Origin: a virus
Taxonomy: Duplodnaviria > Caudoviricetes
Direction: 5' to 3' (one strand)
IMG/VR virus record: IMGVR_UViG_3300046723_000197
Coordinates: 1 to 55,102 of that record
Length of the DNA stretch: 55,102 nt
Made by a program: the position numbers and the translations under genes. Below the pieces are notes generated by a model, which had not been told where the DNA came from, made no database searches, and saw nothing but the letters and a program-made list of their open reading frames with translations. Positions 8,935 to 17,778 of this stretch are shown here, piece after piece; positions within the stretch are counted from its first letter, which is position 1, and the number at the start of each line of letters is the position of its first letter.

Positions 8935-9796
8935 CGCTGATCACCTCCCGGACGTGCTGATCGTCATAGGGGGCGAGGACGGCGGCCACCTTGGGTGTCT
9001 CCAGGTGGTAGCGCAGCGCGGCGCGGGCCTGCTCAAAACCGGTGCCCTGCCCCCCGGTGAACCAGCGCTTCCAGGCCCCGGTCCAGTAGGCGAATTCCAG
9101 GATCTGCACCCCGTCGTCATGCGGCAGGACGCGCAGCCAGGCGTCCACCTCCACGTTGGCGAACTCGGGTGCCACATTGTAGAACCCGGCCAGGTCATAT
9201 TCCTGCCGCCCGCCGAGCCAGTCCAGGTTGTGCGCCTTCACCGCGACCCGGTAGCTCTCGTAGACGCGGGCTGTTTTCTCCGCCTGCACGACGCCGATCA
9301 GGTGCCCGTATTGCCGGTCGGCCCAGATGTGGCCGCCGAGCGCGGCGACCGCCGCCACCGGCTGGCACAGCTTCAGTGCGATATCGAGGAGCGTGTACAG
9401 CCAGCCCTGGGAGTCGCGCTCGCCGCCGATCTCAATCGCGATCCTGCCGCCGTACCGTTCGCACAGCCGCGCCAGTTCGGCGGTCTGGTTCTCGCGGGGA
9501 AGCTGGCAGACATCGAGATGCAGCACGTCGAACCCGGCGTCCACGTCGGCATCGAGAGCGTTGAGCCAGTTGTCATCGGGATCACCGTTCTGGCAGGGGC
9601 CACCGTGGTCGCGGACCACGTCAGTCACGCCGCCGGACAGCTTCTTCACCGCCTCCACCAGCGTCTTGCTGGTGTAGCCGGTGTAGCCGGGCGTGAATTC
9701 GCCGACCTGCCGGCGGGACGCGACGATCTGCTCGACCTGCAGTTTCGCCGCCTCCTCAACCACGCGCCGGGACGCGGCACCCACGCACAGCTTCAT
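8915..9796 (-). CDS. GatZ/KbaZ-like TIM-barrel sugar-phosphate aldolase or epimerase
   Basis: ASRRQV..GY, RDHGGP, AGFDVLHLD, KAHNLDW, NVAPEF. Confidence 0.7.
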   Translation of the reverse strand: MKLCVGAASRRVVEEAAKLQVEQIVASRRQVGEFTPGYTGYTSKTLVEAVKKLSGGVTDVVRDHGGPCQNGDPDDNWLNALDADVDAGFDVLHLDVCQLPRENQTAELARLCERYGGRIAIEIGGERDSQGWLYTLLDIALKLCQPVAAVAALGGHIWADRQYGHLIGVVQAEKTARVYESYRVAVKAHNLDWLGGRQEYDLAGFYNVAPEFANVEVDAWLRVLPHDDGVQILEFAYWTGAWKRWFTGGQGTGFEQARAALRYHLETPKVAAVLAPYDDQHVREVISDAIAHG

Positions 9797-9979
9797 GCCG
9801 TCACCCGCATGGCATTGGCTCCTCGCATTCGCCTCGGCTGGACGGGCAGGATCTCACCGGCCCGGCGCACCAGCACTGATGCTCCCCCGCGTGTCTTTCG
9901 TTCAGGACGCAAAAATGCTTCAGGACGTGCCGCACAGACGCGATAGTAGCGCAGGCCACCCACACGGTAGTCTGGCCCG

Positions 9980-10654
9980 GTGGAAGCCGCCGAACTGACC
10001 ATGGTCTGCCCGTCCCGTGGCCGGCCCGGGAACATTGTGGAGCTGACGGAAGCCTGGAAGCAGACAGGCACCCAGGCGCATCTGATGGTCGTGGTGGATG
10101 ATGACGACCCCGAGCTGGACGCCTACCTGTATCTCGATGTAGATCTGCACATCATCTACGAGCCCCGCCGGCTGGGGCCGATCCTCAACTCGGTCATGCC
10201 AGCCGCCGCCCAGCACGGCGGCGCGGTCGGGTTCCTGGGTGATGATCACCGGCCGCGCACGCCCGGCTGGGACAAGGCGCTGGTGGATGCGCTGCCCGGT
10301 GTCGCCTACGGCAACGACCTGTTCCAGGGGCGCAACCTGCCGACTGCCGTGGTGATGTCGGCGGGGATCGTGCAGGCGCTGGGATATTTCGTGCCACCAG
10401 GGCTGATGCACCTGTATTTTGATGATTTCTGGCTGACCCTCGGGCGCGAACTGGGTGCCCTCACCTACCTGGAGGATGTGATCATTGAGCACATGCACCC
10501 GGTGGCGGGTAAGGCCAGCTGGGACGAGGGGTATGTGCAGGCCAACTCGGTGGAGCAGTTCAACACTGACTCCGCCGCCTACCAGCAGTTCATGATCACC
10601 CAGTGGCCGGCTGACCTGGATCTGCTGCGGGCATCAGGGTGGCGCGGTGAGTGA
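9980..10654 (+). CDS. Glycosyltransferase family 2-like
   Basis: PSRGRP, VVDDDDP, FLGDDHRPRT.GWD, HLYFDD, IEHMHP. Confidence 0.8.
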   Translation: MEAAELTMVCPSRGRPGNIVELTEAWKQTGTQAHLMVVVDDDDPELDAYLYLDVDLHIIYEPRRLGPILNSVMPAAAQHGGAVGFLGDDHRPRTPGWDKALVDALPGVAYGNDLFQGRNLPTAVVMSAGIVQALGYFVPPGLMHLYFDDFWLTLGRELGALTYLEDVIIEHMHPVAGKASWDEGYVQANSVEQFNTDSAAYQQFMITQWPADLDLLRASGWRGE

Positions 10655-11273
10655 GTGGAAGCTGTTCGAGGGAGATGTCCCATACTTCTCCACCACGGAA
10701 TTCTTCGCGGCCCACCCGTGGGTACCGCCCGAGAACCAGGCTGGCCACGCCCAGCGCCAGGCGATGGTCGGCGGGATGGTCAGTTACATACTCACCCAGC
10801 GGCCGGACATCACCTCCCTGACCGACCTCGGCTGCGGCGACGGCAGCCTCCTGCACCTCCTGCGCGGCCTGCCAGTGAAAGCGTGGGGTTACGACCTGGG
10901 CGAGGCCAACCTGGAACGTGCCGCCGAACTGGGGCTCGACGTGCGCCGGGCGGACATTTTCAGCGGCCTGGAGTACGGGGATCTGCTGATCGCCTCTGAA
11001 GTCGTGGAGCACCTGGCGAAACCGGAGGCGTTCCTGCGGGGCCTGCCCGACTGCAAGGCGCTGATCCTGTCATCCCCCTCAGCGGAAACTGATGAATGGC
11101 ATTATGAGCATCACGCATGGGCGTGGGACATGCGCGGCTACGCCGATCTGGTGACCCGCTGCGGCTGGCGGGTGCTGGAACACCGGGAATGCGACGGCGG
11201 CGTCAACTGGCACGGTGGCGTCACAAAGCCGCAGCGGTTCCAGGCCATCCACGCGCACCGGAAACCACGGTGA
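10647..11273 (+). CDS. Class I SAM-dependent methyltransferase
   Basis: LTDLGCGDG and SEVVEHL motifs. Confidence 0.85.
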   Translation: MSEWKLFEGDVPYFSTTEFFAAHPWVPPENQAGHAQRQAMVGGMVSYILTQRPDITSLTDLGCGDGSLLHLLRGLPVKAWGYDLGEANLERAAELGLDVRRADIFSGLEYGDLLIASEVVEHLAKPEAFLRGLPDCKALILSSPSAETDEWHYEHHAWAWDMRGYADLVTRCGWRVLEHRECDGGVNWHGGVTKPQRFQAIHAHRKPR

Positions 11274-11809
11274 CGCGGGTACGGCTGCGTCCCGCCTGGA
11301 GCCAGGACCAGCTGATGGCGTTCTGCCCCCGGCCCCACGACCACACGCGCTGGCCCGATCACATCGCCAGGGTGGCGGACACGATCCAGCTGGCCCTCGA
11401 CATGGGCGTCCCCAGCGTGGTCGCCGACCTGGCGTGCGGCGACGCGGCGATCGGCCGGGCGCTCACCCCGGACAAGCTGATCCTCGGCGATTTCGCGGCC
11501 GGCTATGAGATCACCGGCATGATCGAGGACACTATTGACATGATCGGCCACGTCGGCATGTTCATCTGCTCGGAGACGGCCGAGCACCTGGATGACCCTG
11601 ACGCGATGATGGTGAAGATCCGGGAGAAAGCCGACTCGCTGGTGTTCTCCACCCCGCTCGCGGAGTTCACCGACATCAACCCGCAGCATTACTGGGGCTG
11701 GGACCACGATGGGGTGAGGGAAATGCTGGAAACCGCCGGCTGGGTGCCGGAAATACAGCGGGATGTGCTGCACCCGCTTGCCCAGTTCCAGTTGTGGGGG
11801 TGCCGGTGA
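11270..11809 (+). CDS. Class I methyltransferase-like protein
   Basis: VADLACGD, CSETAEHLDDP; GTG start overlaps previous stop. Confidence 0.75.
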   Translation: MTRVRLRPAWSQDQLMAFCPRPHDHTRWPDHIARVADTIQLALDMGVPSVVADLACGDAAIGRALTPDKLILGDFAAGYEITGMIEDTIDMIGHVGMFICSETAEHLDDPDAMMVKIREKADSLVFSTPLAEFTDINPQHYWGWDHDGVREMLETAGWVPEIQRDVLHPLAQFQLWGCR

Positions 11810-12555
11810 ACTTCACCTCACACAATATTCTGCTGCCGGATGGGACGCAGACCCTCCCGGGCCAGCTGCCGGTGGCAGAGTCCGGCATATGCCGGGTCGC
11901 ACTAAGCGCCCTGGGACTGGAGTTCGGCTACGGGTCACGTTCCGGTATCAGCGTGGCGGACTTGGGCTGCCTGGAAGGCGGGTTTACCGCCGAGTTCGCC
12001 CGCGCTGGGTATGACGCATATGGCATCGAGGCCCGGCAGGAAAACTACGACAATGCGGTATGGCTGAAGGATGCGCTCGGGCTTGAGAATCTGGGCTTTT
12101 TTCAGGGTGATGTCCGTACGCTACTGCCGGGCACGGAGTTCGACGCAGTGTTCTGCTCTGGCCTGCTCTATCACCTCGACGCCCCGGTGGCGTTCCTGAA
12201 CCTGCTGGGCAAAGTCACCCGGCGCATGCTGATCCTGCACACGCATTTCTCGATGGAAAACGGGCACCCGGAAAGCGTCCACAACCCCACTGGAACCTGG
12301 TGTGAGCCCTTCCAGTCACAGCATGAGGGCCGCACCGGGCACTGGTGCCACGAAGAAGACGACCGGTGGGCGAGCTTCGGCAACACCAAATCGTTCTGGC
12401 TGTGCAAAGACGACCTGCTGCTCAGCCTCCACGAGGCAGGGTTCACGCACGTGTCCGAAGTGCCTGACTGGCACAATACGCAACGTTTCATGACGGTCCA
12501 GGGGTCAGGTGGCGCCTTCCCCGACCACGGTATGTTTGTGGCGGTCAAGCCGTGA
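11806..12555 (+). CDS. Class I SAM methyltransferase, paralog of 30313-31014
   Basis: VADLGCLEGG, GIEARQEN, FDAVFCSGLLYHL. Confidence 0.85.
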   Translation: MNFTSHNILLPDGTQTLPGQLPVAESGICRVALSALGLEFGYGSRSGISVADLGCLEGGFTAEFARAGYDAYGIEARQENYDNAVWLKDALGLENLGFFQGDVRTLLPGTEFDAVFCSGLLYHLDAPVAFLNLLGKVTRRMLILHTHFSMENGHPESVHNPTGTWCEPFQSQHEGRTGHWCHEEDDRWASFGNTKSFWLCKDDLLLSLHEAGFTHVSEVPDWHNTQRFMTVQGSGGAFPDHGMFVAVKP

Positions 12556-13700
12556 AGGCGCTGGTGACAGGTCACTGCGGTTTCATTGGATGGCATTTCA
12601 AGACCCGGCTGGAAGCTGACGGCTGGGACGTGGACGGCTGCGACATCGCCGCCACCAACGCCCGCGACGCCCGTGACCTGTTCCGGCATGCTGTCCGCCG
12701 CTATGACCTCGCGGTGCATTGTGCCGCTGTCGTCGGTGGCCGCCACACGATTGAGAACGCGCCGCTCGACCAGGCGGTCAACCTCGAACTCGACGCGGGC
12801 CTGTTCCAGTGGGCGCTGCGCACCCGCCCCGGCCGGGTGATCTACTTCTCCTCCTCCGCCGTCTACCCGGTGGATCAGCAGAGCGGCATTTTCCGGTTCC
12901 CCCTCACCGAGGACATGATCGACCTGGATGTCCCACGCCAGCCCGATGAGCTGTATGGCTGGGTGAAGCTGACGGGTGAGCGGCTGGCCTGTCTCGCCCG
13001 GCGCGAAGGTGTGCCGGTGACGGTGGTGCGCCCATTCTCGGGCTACGGCGAGCACCAGGACATTGACTACCCGTTCGGCGCGTTCGCTGACCGTGCCCGT
13101 AATCGTGAAGACCCGTTCACCATCTGGGGGGACGGGTACCAGGCCCGCGACTTCGTTCACGTCGATGATGTGGTGGACGCCACCCTGGCCGTGGCGGAGT
13201 CGGGCACCGAGGAGCCGGTCAACATCGGCTGGGGCGAGCCGGTGACGATGATGGAGCTGGCGCAGCGGTTCACCAGCGCCGCTGGCTACACGCCAGGATT
13301 TAAACTGAAGACGACCGCGCCGGCTGGGGTGAGCTACCGGGTCGCTGACCCGGCCCGGATGCGCAAGTTCTACCAGCCGCGCGTCACCCTCGATGAGGGC
13401 ATACGCCGTGCCCTGAGAGGCGCCGAGTTACATGAGCCCGCTGGTGTCAGTTATCAGCCCGACCTGGCAACGGCACGAGTGGCTGTTCGACCGCTGCATC
13501 GCCTCGGTGAAGGCGCAGGAGTATTCACCCATCGAGCATGTGATCGTCTGCGACGGCCCCGACCCGGTGCTGGCGGAACTGATCGGCCAGATGGAGATGA
13601 CGGCAGGCTATTCGCTGATCTTCGAGCAGATGCCGCCGAACCCCGACCCACGGTGGGGGACACGCGCCCGGCTGCGCGGCCTGGAACTGGCCACCGCTGA
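12552..13700 (+). CDS. NAD-dependent epimerase/dehydratase (extended SDR); domain ends near 13430
   Basis: ALVTGHCGFIG, SSSAVY, YGWVK, RPFSGYG, RDFVHVDD. Confidence 0.9.
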   Translation: MKALVTGHCGFIGWHFKTRLEADGWDVDGCDIAATNARDARDLFRHAVRRYDLAVHCAAVVGGRHTIENAPLDQAVNLELDAGLFQWALRTRPGRVIYFSSSAVYPVDQQSGIFRFPLTEDMIDLDVPRQPDELYGWVKLTGERLACLARREGVPVTVVRPFSGYGEHQDIDYPFGAFADRARNREDPFTIWGDGYQARDFVHVDDVVDATLAVAESGTEEPVNIGWGEPVTMMELAQRFTSAAGYTPGFKLKTTAPAGVSYRVADPARMRKFYQPRVTLDEGIRRALRGAELHEPAGVSYQPDLATARVAVRPLHRLGEGAGVFTHRACDRLRRPRPGAGGTDRPDGDDGRLFADLRADAAEPRPTVGDTRPAARPGTGHR

Positions 13701-14052
13701 CCTGATCGCCTATCTCGATGACGATGACTCCTACCGGCCGGACCACTGTTCCCAGCTGGTGCGGGCACTGGAACGCCACCCCGAAGTGGGCTTCGCCTAC
13801 ACCCAGATGGCCAGCCACGGCGGCGTCATAGATGGAGCGGCCCTGGCTGTCATCGGCTCGGGTGACCTCGGCCCGTGCGCCATCGGCACACCCATGATCA
13901 TGCACCGGCGGGAGCTGCTGGAAATCTCCACCTGGGGACCGCCAGACGCGATGGAAGACTGGCGGCTGGTGGACCGGTGGGTGGAACGGGGCATCAAATC
14001 TGAGTTTGTGCCGTGGGTTACCATAGATGTATGGCCGAGTGCATATCGCTGA
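13432..14052 (+). CDS. Glycosyltransferase family 2, paralog of 2181-2810
   Basis: VSVISPTW, VCDG, AYLDDDD, EDW motifs. Confidence 0.88.
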   Translation: MSPLVSVISPTWQRHEWLFDRCIASVKAQEYSPIEHVIVCDGPDPVLAELIGQMEMTAGYSLIFEQMPPNPDPRWGTRARLRGLELATADLIAYLDDDDSYRPDHCSQLVRALERHPEVGFAYTQMASHGGVIDGAALAVIGSGDLGPCAIGTPMIMHRRELLEISTWGPPDAMEDWRLVDRWVERGIKSEFVPWVTIDVWPSAYR

Positions 14053-14076
14053 CTCCACGTGGAGCTATGCTGAAAA

Positions 14077-14197
14077 GCCTGGGCGTGGCACGGCGGGGCG
14101 AGGCGTGGCTGGGACCGGCTCGGCGCGGCTAGGCAGGGCTACCTCAAGGCATGGCGCGGCGCGGCTTGGCAGGGCGAGGCTGGGCGAGGCTGGGCAT
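14077..14197 (+). ncRNA. Orphan (GGC-NN)n mini-array, 2 units split by GGCTACCTCAA; putative guide RNA
   Basis: 5-nt periodicity; same separator (14137-14147) as the arrays at 27870-28490 and 29758-30253; TATGCT -10-like box at 14066-14071. Confidence 0.75.
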
Positions 14198-14200
14198 GGG

Positions 14201-14275
14201 TGCCCCAGACGGAAAGGTTCGGTGACGGCCGGTGAGTCAGGCCCCTCACTTCACCTCCTCCGTCTGGGGCATTTT
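14201..14275 (+). terminator. Long hairpin plus T-tract closing the mini-array
   Basis: TGCCCCAGACGGA (14201-14213) / TCCGTCTGGGGCA (14259-14271), then TTTT. Confidence 0.65.
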
Positions 14276-14376
14276 AAGTCCATGATGCACAGGCTGAAGG
14301 CAACCCCCTGCCCACAGGCTGCGGGTTTTTCCGAGTCAAGCTGCCCCTCGATCAGCTGGCTGCCCACGGGTGGAAG

Positions 14377-15276
14377 GTGCGTTACCAGGCGTTCACCCCA
14401 CCCCCCGAGGTGGCGAACTACAAGCTGATCACCGCCGAGCGGCTGGACCGCCCGCAGGTGCTCGGGGCCTGGCGGCGGCTGCGGCAGGGCCACCGGCTCG
14501 CCTATGAGATAGACGACGACGTGTGGAACATTGACGTGACCAACTTCAGCGCCTACAGCACATATTCGCGGCTGGCGGTGCTCGACGCGGTTGAGAACTC
14601 GATCATCACCTCCGACCTGGTGACCGTGACCACCGAGCCGCTGGCCGAGGCAGTGCGGGCACATACCAGCCATACCAACGTGAAGGTGATCGGCAACTAC
14701 CTCCCCGCCTCTGTGCTCACCATGGAACGCAAGCGCCGTGAGCATGTGACGATCGGCTACGCCGGCGGCGCGAGCCACGCCATGGACATGGCGATGATCG
14801 CCACCACGGTGCGCAAAGTTCTCGACCGCGACCCCGGCCTGCGGCTGCATGTCGTGGGAGTGGACTACCGGCCCACCCTCGGCCACAACCACGCCTACCA
14901 CACCCCATGGGTGGACAACCCAGCCGACTACTGCCGCAGCATGGATCAGTACCTGGATTTCGACATCGGCCTCGCGCCGCTCGCATCCACCAGGTTCAAC
15001 GAATCCAAGAGCCACCTGAAAGCCCTCGAATACGCGGCGATGGGCATCCCTGTCGTCGCCTCAGACTTCGGCCCCTACCCAGGGTTTGTCATCGACGGGG
15101 TGACCGGGTTCCTGGTGCGCAGCAAGAGCGAATGGCGGGACCGTATCCGCGAGCTGGTGGCCGACGAGGATCTGCGTGAGAGCATGGGGGCCAAGGCCCG
15201 CGAGCTGGCTGCCCAGCATACGATTGAGGGCAACTGGCATAGGTGGGCCGCCGCGTACCAGGAGGTACTGACGTGA
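14377..15276 (+). CDS. Glycosyltransferase, GT-B/GT4-like; coding-like sequence extends upstream to 14278 without ATG/GTG/TTG
   Basis: YEIDDDVW, IGYAGGASH..D, DIGLAPL...FNESKS.LKALEY..MGIPVVASD..PY. Confidence 0.85.
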   Translation: MRYQAFTPPPEVANYKLITAERLDRPQVLGAWRRLRQGHRLAYEIDDDVWNIDVTNFSAYSTYSRLAVLDAVENSIITSDLVTVTTEPLAEAVRAHTSHTNVKVIGNYLPASVLTMERKRREHVTIGYAGGASHAMDMAMIATTVRKVLDRDPGLRLHVVGVDYRPTLGHNHAYHTPWVDNPADYCRSMDQYLDFDIGLAPLASTRFNESKSHLKALEYAAMGIPVVASDFGPYPGFVIDGVTGFLVRSKSEWRDRIRELVADEDLRESMGAKARELAAQHTIEGNWHRWAAAYQEVLT

Positions 15277-15608
15277 TGATCGTCATCATGGACCAGCAGA
15301 TGAGCGGCACCCGCTATGACGGCCGGGACTGGCCAGGCCATGGGGCAGAGTTCGAGGTGCCCGACTGGGAAGGCGTGGAGCTGTGCGCCGGCGGCATTGC
15401 TCACCCGAAGGCGGTAGTAGCGGAGGAGCGCAAGGTGGAAGTCGCCATGCCACCGCCTGACCCTGCCGTGGAGGTGCGCGCAGAGCCCGCAGCCGCCCAG
15501 GTGACGGCCCCGCCCGCCGTGGCGGAGGAGAGTGACGAGAACCTTCCCGTGGAGATGCGCAAGCGCGGCCCCGGCCGCCCCCCGGGCAGCACTAACAGGC
15601 CGAAGTGA
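15273..15608 (+). CDS. Hypothetical protein with a C-terminal AT-hook-like motif
   Basis: RBS GGAGG; ends KRGPGRPPGSTNRPK. Confidence 0.65.
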   Translation: MMIVIMDQQMSGTRYDGRDWPGHGAEFEVPDWEGVELCAGGIAHPKAVVAEERKVEVAMPPPDPAVEVRAEPAAAQVTAPPAVAEESDENLPVEMRKRGPGRPPGSTNRPK

Positions 15609-15647
15609 TGACGCGCTAAGCTGTCCCGTAACAGGCCGCACCGTCGA

Positions 15648-16001
15648 TTGAGAGCACGACTGGTGACTGCGGCCTGCATTGATGAGCTGGTGAAAGCCTG
15701 GGCGCTCGATGAGATCACCCAGCAGGCTTTCGGTACCGAGTACCGCATCGCGGTCACCTGGGTGCCGGTCCCTGCCCCAGGTGCCCCGAACGTCATTGTC
15801 CCTGCCTGGTATCTGGCGATCACCACCCGCAACCCCCTCATCGGCGAGCCGCGCCTGTGCCACACGATACCGATCGGCATACCCGAGCCCGACGAGAAGA
15901 CGGTGCGCCGGGCCATCGCCGAGGGCCTGCACCTGCTGCTTGACCTGACCGCCTCGAAGCTGGCGGGGGTGAACGGCCATGATCCCACTGCTGCACGCTG
16001 A
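15648..16001 (+). CDS. Hypothetical protein
   Basis: ORF in operon orientation; start uncertain. Confidence 0.5.
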   Translation: MRARLVTAACIDELVKAWALDEITQQAFGTEYRIAVTWVPVPAPGAPNVIVPAWYLAITTRNPLIGEPRLCHTIPIGIPEPDEKTVRRAIAEGLHLLLDLTASKLAGVNGHDPTAAR

Positions 16002-16293
16002 GACCCGGTGGGAATGCCCGAACTGCCCGGCCACCCACCTGACCACCGAGCCGCAGCCGCATATCCCGTTCCATGAGTGCCCGGGGCTGCGTGGCATCCT
16101 CGCGCCCTACGTGGAGGAGGGTACTCGCTGCAACGTGCACGCCCTCGGCCGTGAGGATTACGTGGGTCCAGAGCAGGGCCTGCGGGCTGACGCTGATGGC
16201 CGTCCCGTCATGAGCGTGATAACCGAACGGTGGGACGGCAGCAACGACTGCGCCGTCTTCCCCGGTACCGCATCCGCACAACAGGAAGGCTGA
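15979..16293 (+). CDS. Hypothetical Cys/His metal-binding protein
   Basis: WECPNC...H...FHECP motif. Confidence 0.6.
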   Translation: MIPLLHAETRWECPNCPATHLTTEPQPHIPFHECPGLRGILAPYVEEGTRCNVHALGREDYVGPEQGLRADADGRPVMSVITERWDGSNDCAVFPGTASAQQEG

Positions 16294-16296
16294 CCC

Positions 16297-16770
16297 ATGG
16301 CCTGGGCAACGTCCAACATTTCCGGCGCCGGGCTTGACCAGCTCCTGAACGGCACCTTCTATGCCACCAACGCTGGCACCTCCTATGCGGCCGACACGAT
16401 CGACGTCGCGCTGTATAACAACTCGGTCACGCCGGACAAGAACGCCACGCTGGTCAACAACACCTTCAACGGCGGCACCTGGACGGGCAACGAGCTGACC
16501 TCGGCTGGGCAGTGGGCCGCCGGCGGTGTCGCGCTCGGCTCAAAGACCCACACGTTCGGTGCTGGCACGGTGCAGATCAGCGCCGCCAACACCGCTTCGG
16601 GTAACGCCGCGACCCTGACGGGCGTGTTCGGCTGCGCGGTCTACGACGCCACGCTGACACTGAAGTACCTCTACTGCTGGAATTACTTCGGCGGCTCACA
16701 GAGCGTGACCGCTGGTACGTTCACGGTCGTCTGGTCGGGTTCCGGGATTCTCCAGTACACGCTCACCTAG
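16297..16770 (+). CDS. Putative virion structural protein
   Basis: DTIDVALY...NELT....AGGVAL...VTAGTFTVVW pattern seen in phage structural proteins; good RBS. Confidence 0.6.
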   Translation: MAWATSNISGAGLDQLLNGTFYATNAGTSYAADTIDVALYNNSVTPDKNATLVNNTFNGGTWTGNELTSAGQWAAGGVALGSKTHTFGAGTVQISAANTASGNAATLTGVFGCAVYDATLTLKYLYCWNYFGGSQSVTAGTFTVVWSGSGILQYTLT

Positions 16771-16785
16771 CTAGGAGGCGCTGCC

Positions 16786-17778
16786 ATGCGCCGTCTGGGT
16801 TATGCATTCGCCGTACTAGTGGTGACGGTAATGGTGGCCGTGGTGGGCGCCCGCGCCCTGGCCGCTGGCGGCCTGACCGACGTGACATTCAACGGGTGCC
16901 TGGCGGGCGGGAAGCTCACAGGCGTGCAGGCGACGCGGACCCCTTCGTGCGCAGCAACCGCGACGCCCGTGCAATGGGCAGGGAAGGCAGGCGTCACAGC
17001 CAGCCCGTCGCCAACCATCACATCGCCGAGCCCCAGTCCCAGTGTGAGCACAAGCACAAGTGCCCCCCCGCCGGGGACGTGCGTGACGAGCGACCCATCG
17101 GGGAACTGTGGCCCGTACAGCTACGCCGGCATCACCAACAGCAACGGCTTCAACACCTATGTGTCGAATAACTGCTGGGGCGACCCATCCTGCCAGCAGA
17201 CCGTGACTGCAACCGATCCAGGTAACTGGTCGGTCACTGCGCACGAGCCTGACGGGAACACGGCGGTCATGACCTACCCCGACGTTAAGCAGATGTTCAA
17301 TGACTGGTGCGGCACCGGCTGGAATGACTGCGCCAATATGACCGACACCCCTCTCTCGGCGATGTCGCTGCTGACCAGCAGCTTCACCGAGAACATGCAC
17401 CAGGCGAGCGGCACGATCGCCGAAGCCGGGTACGACCTGTGGCTGACTGGTACCTCCGGTTACGGGGAGGTCATGGTCTGGGTGGATAACTCCAACCGGG
17501 GAACCGGCGGCGCGACGATCCTGGGTACGGCTAACATTGGCGGCCAGTCATACACGGTCATGCACTTCGGTTCGGGTGAGCTGATCTATTCGCTCGACTC
17601 CAACGAGCAGTCGGGCACGGTGGACATCCGGGCCGTCCTCCAGAATGCGGTGAATAACGGGTACGAGTCGCCGGGGCTATCACTGGCCGAACTCGATTTC
17701 GGCTGGGAGATCTGCTCGACTGGCGGCCAGGCGCAGACGTTCACGATAGGCAGCTACTCCATCACGGCTGCGAACTGA
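16786..17778 (+). CDS. Secreted GH12-like glycoside hydrolase
   Basis: Signal peptide, Ser/Pro/Thr linker, VSNNCWG, YP, AGYDLWL, EVMVWV, FGWEI. Confidence 0.75.
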   Translation: MRRLGYAFAVLVVTVMVAVVGARALAAGGLTDVTFNGCLAGGKLTGVQATRTPSCAATATPVQWAGKAGVTASPSPTITSPSPSPSVSTSTSAPPPGTCVTSDPSGNCGPYSYAGITNSNGFNTYVSNNCWGDPSCQQTVTATDPGNWSVTAHEPDGNTAVMTYPDVKQMFNDWCGTGWNDCANMTDTPLSAMSLLTSSFTENMHQASGTIAEAGYDLWLTGTSGYGEVMVWVDNSNRGTGGATILGTANIGGQSYTVMHFGSGELIYSLDSNEQSGTVDIRAVLQNAVNNGYESPGLSLAELDFGWEICSTGGQAQTFTIGSYSITAAN

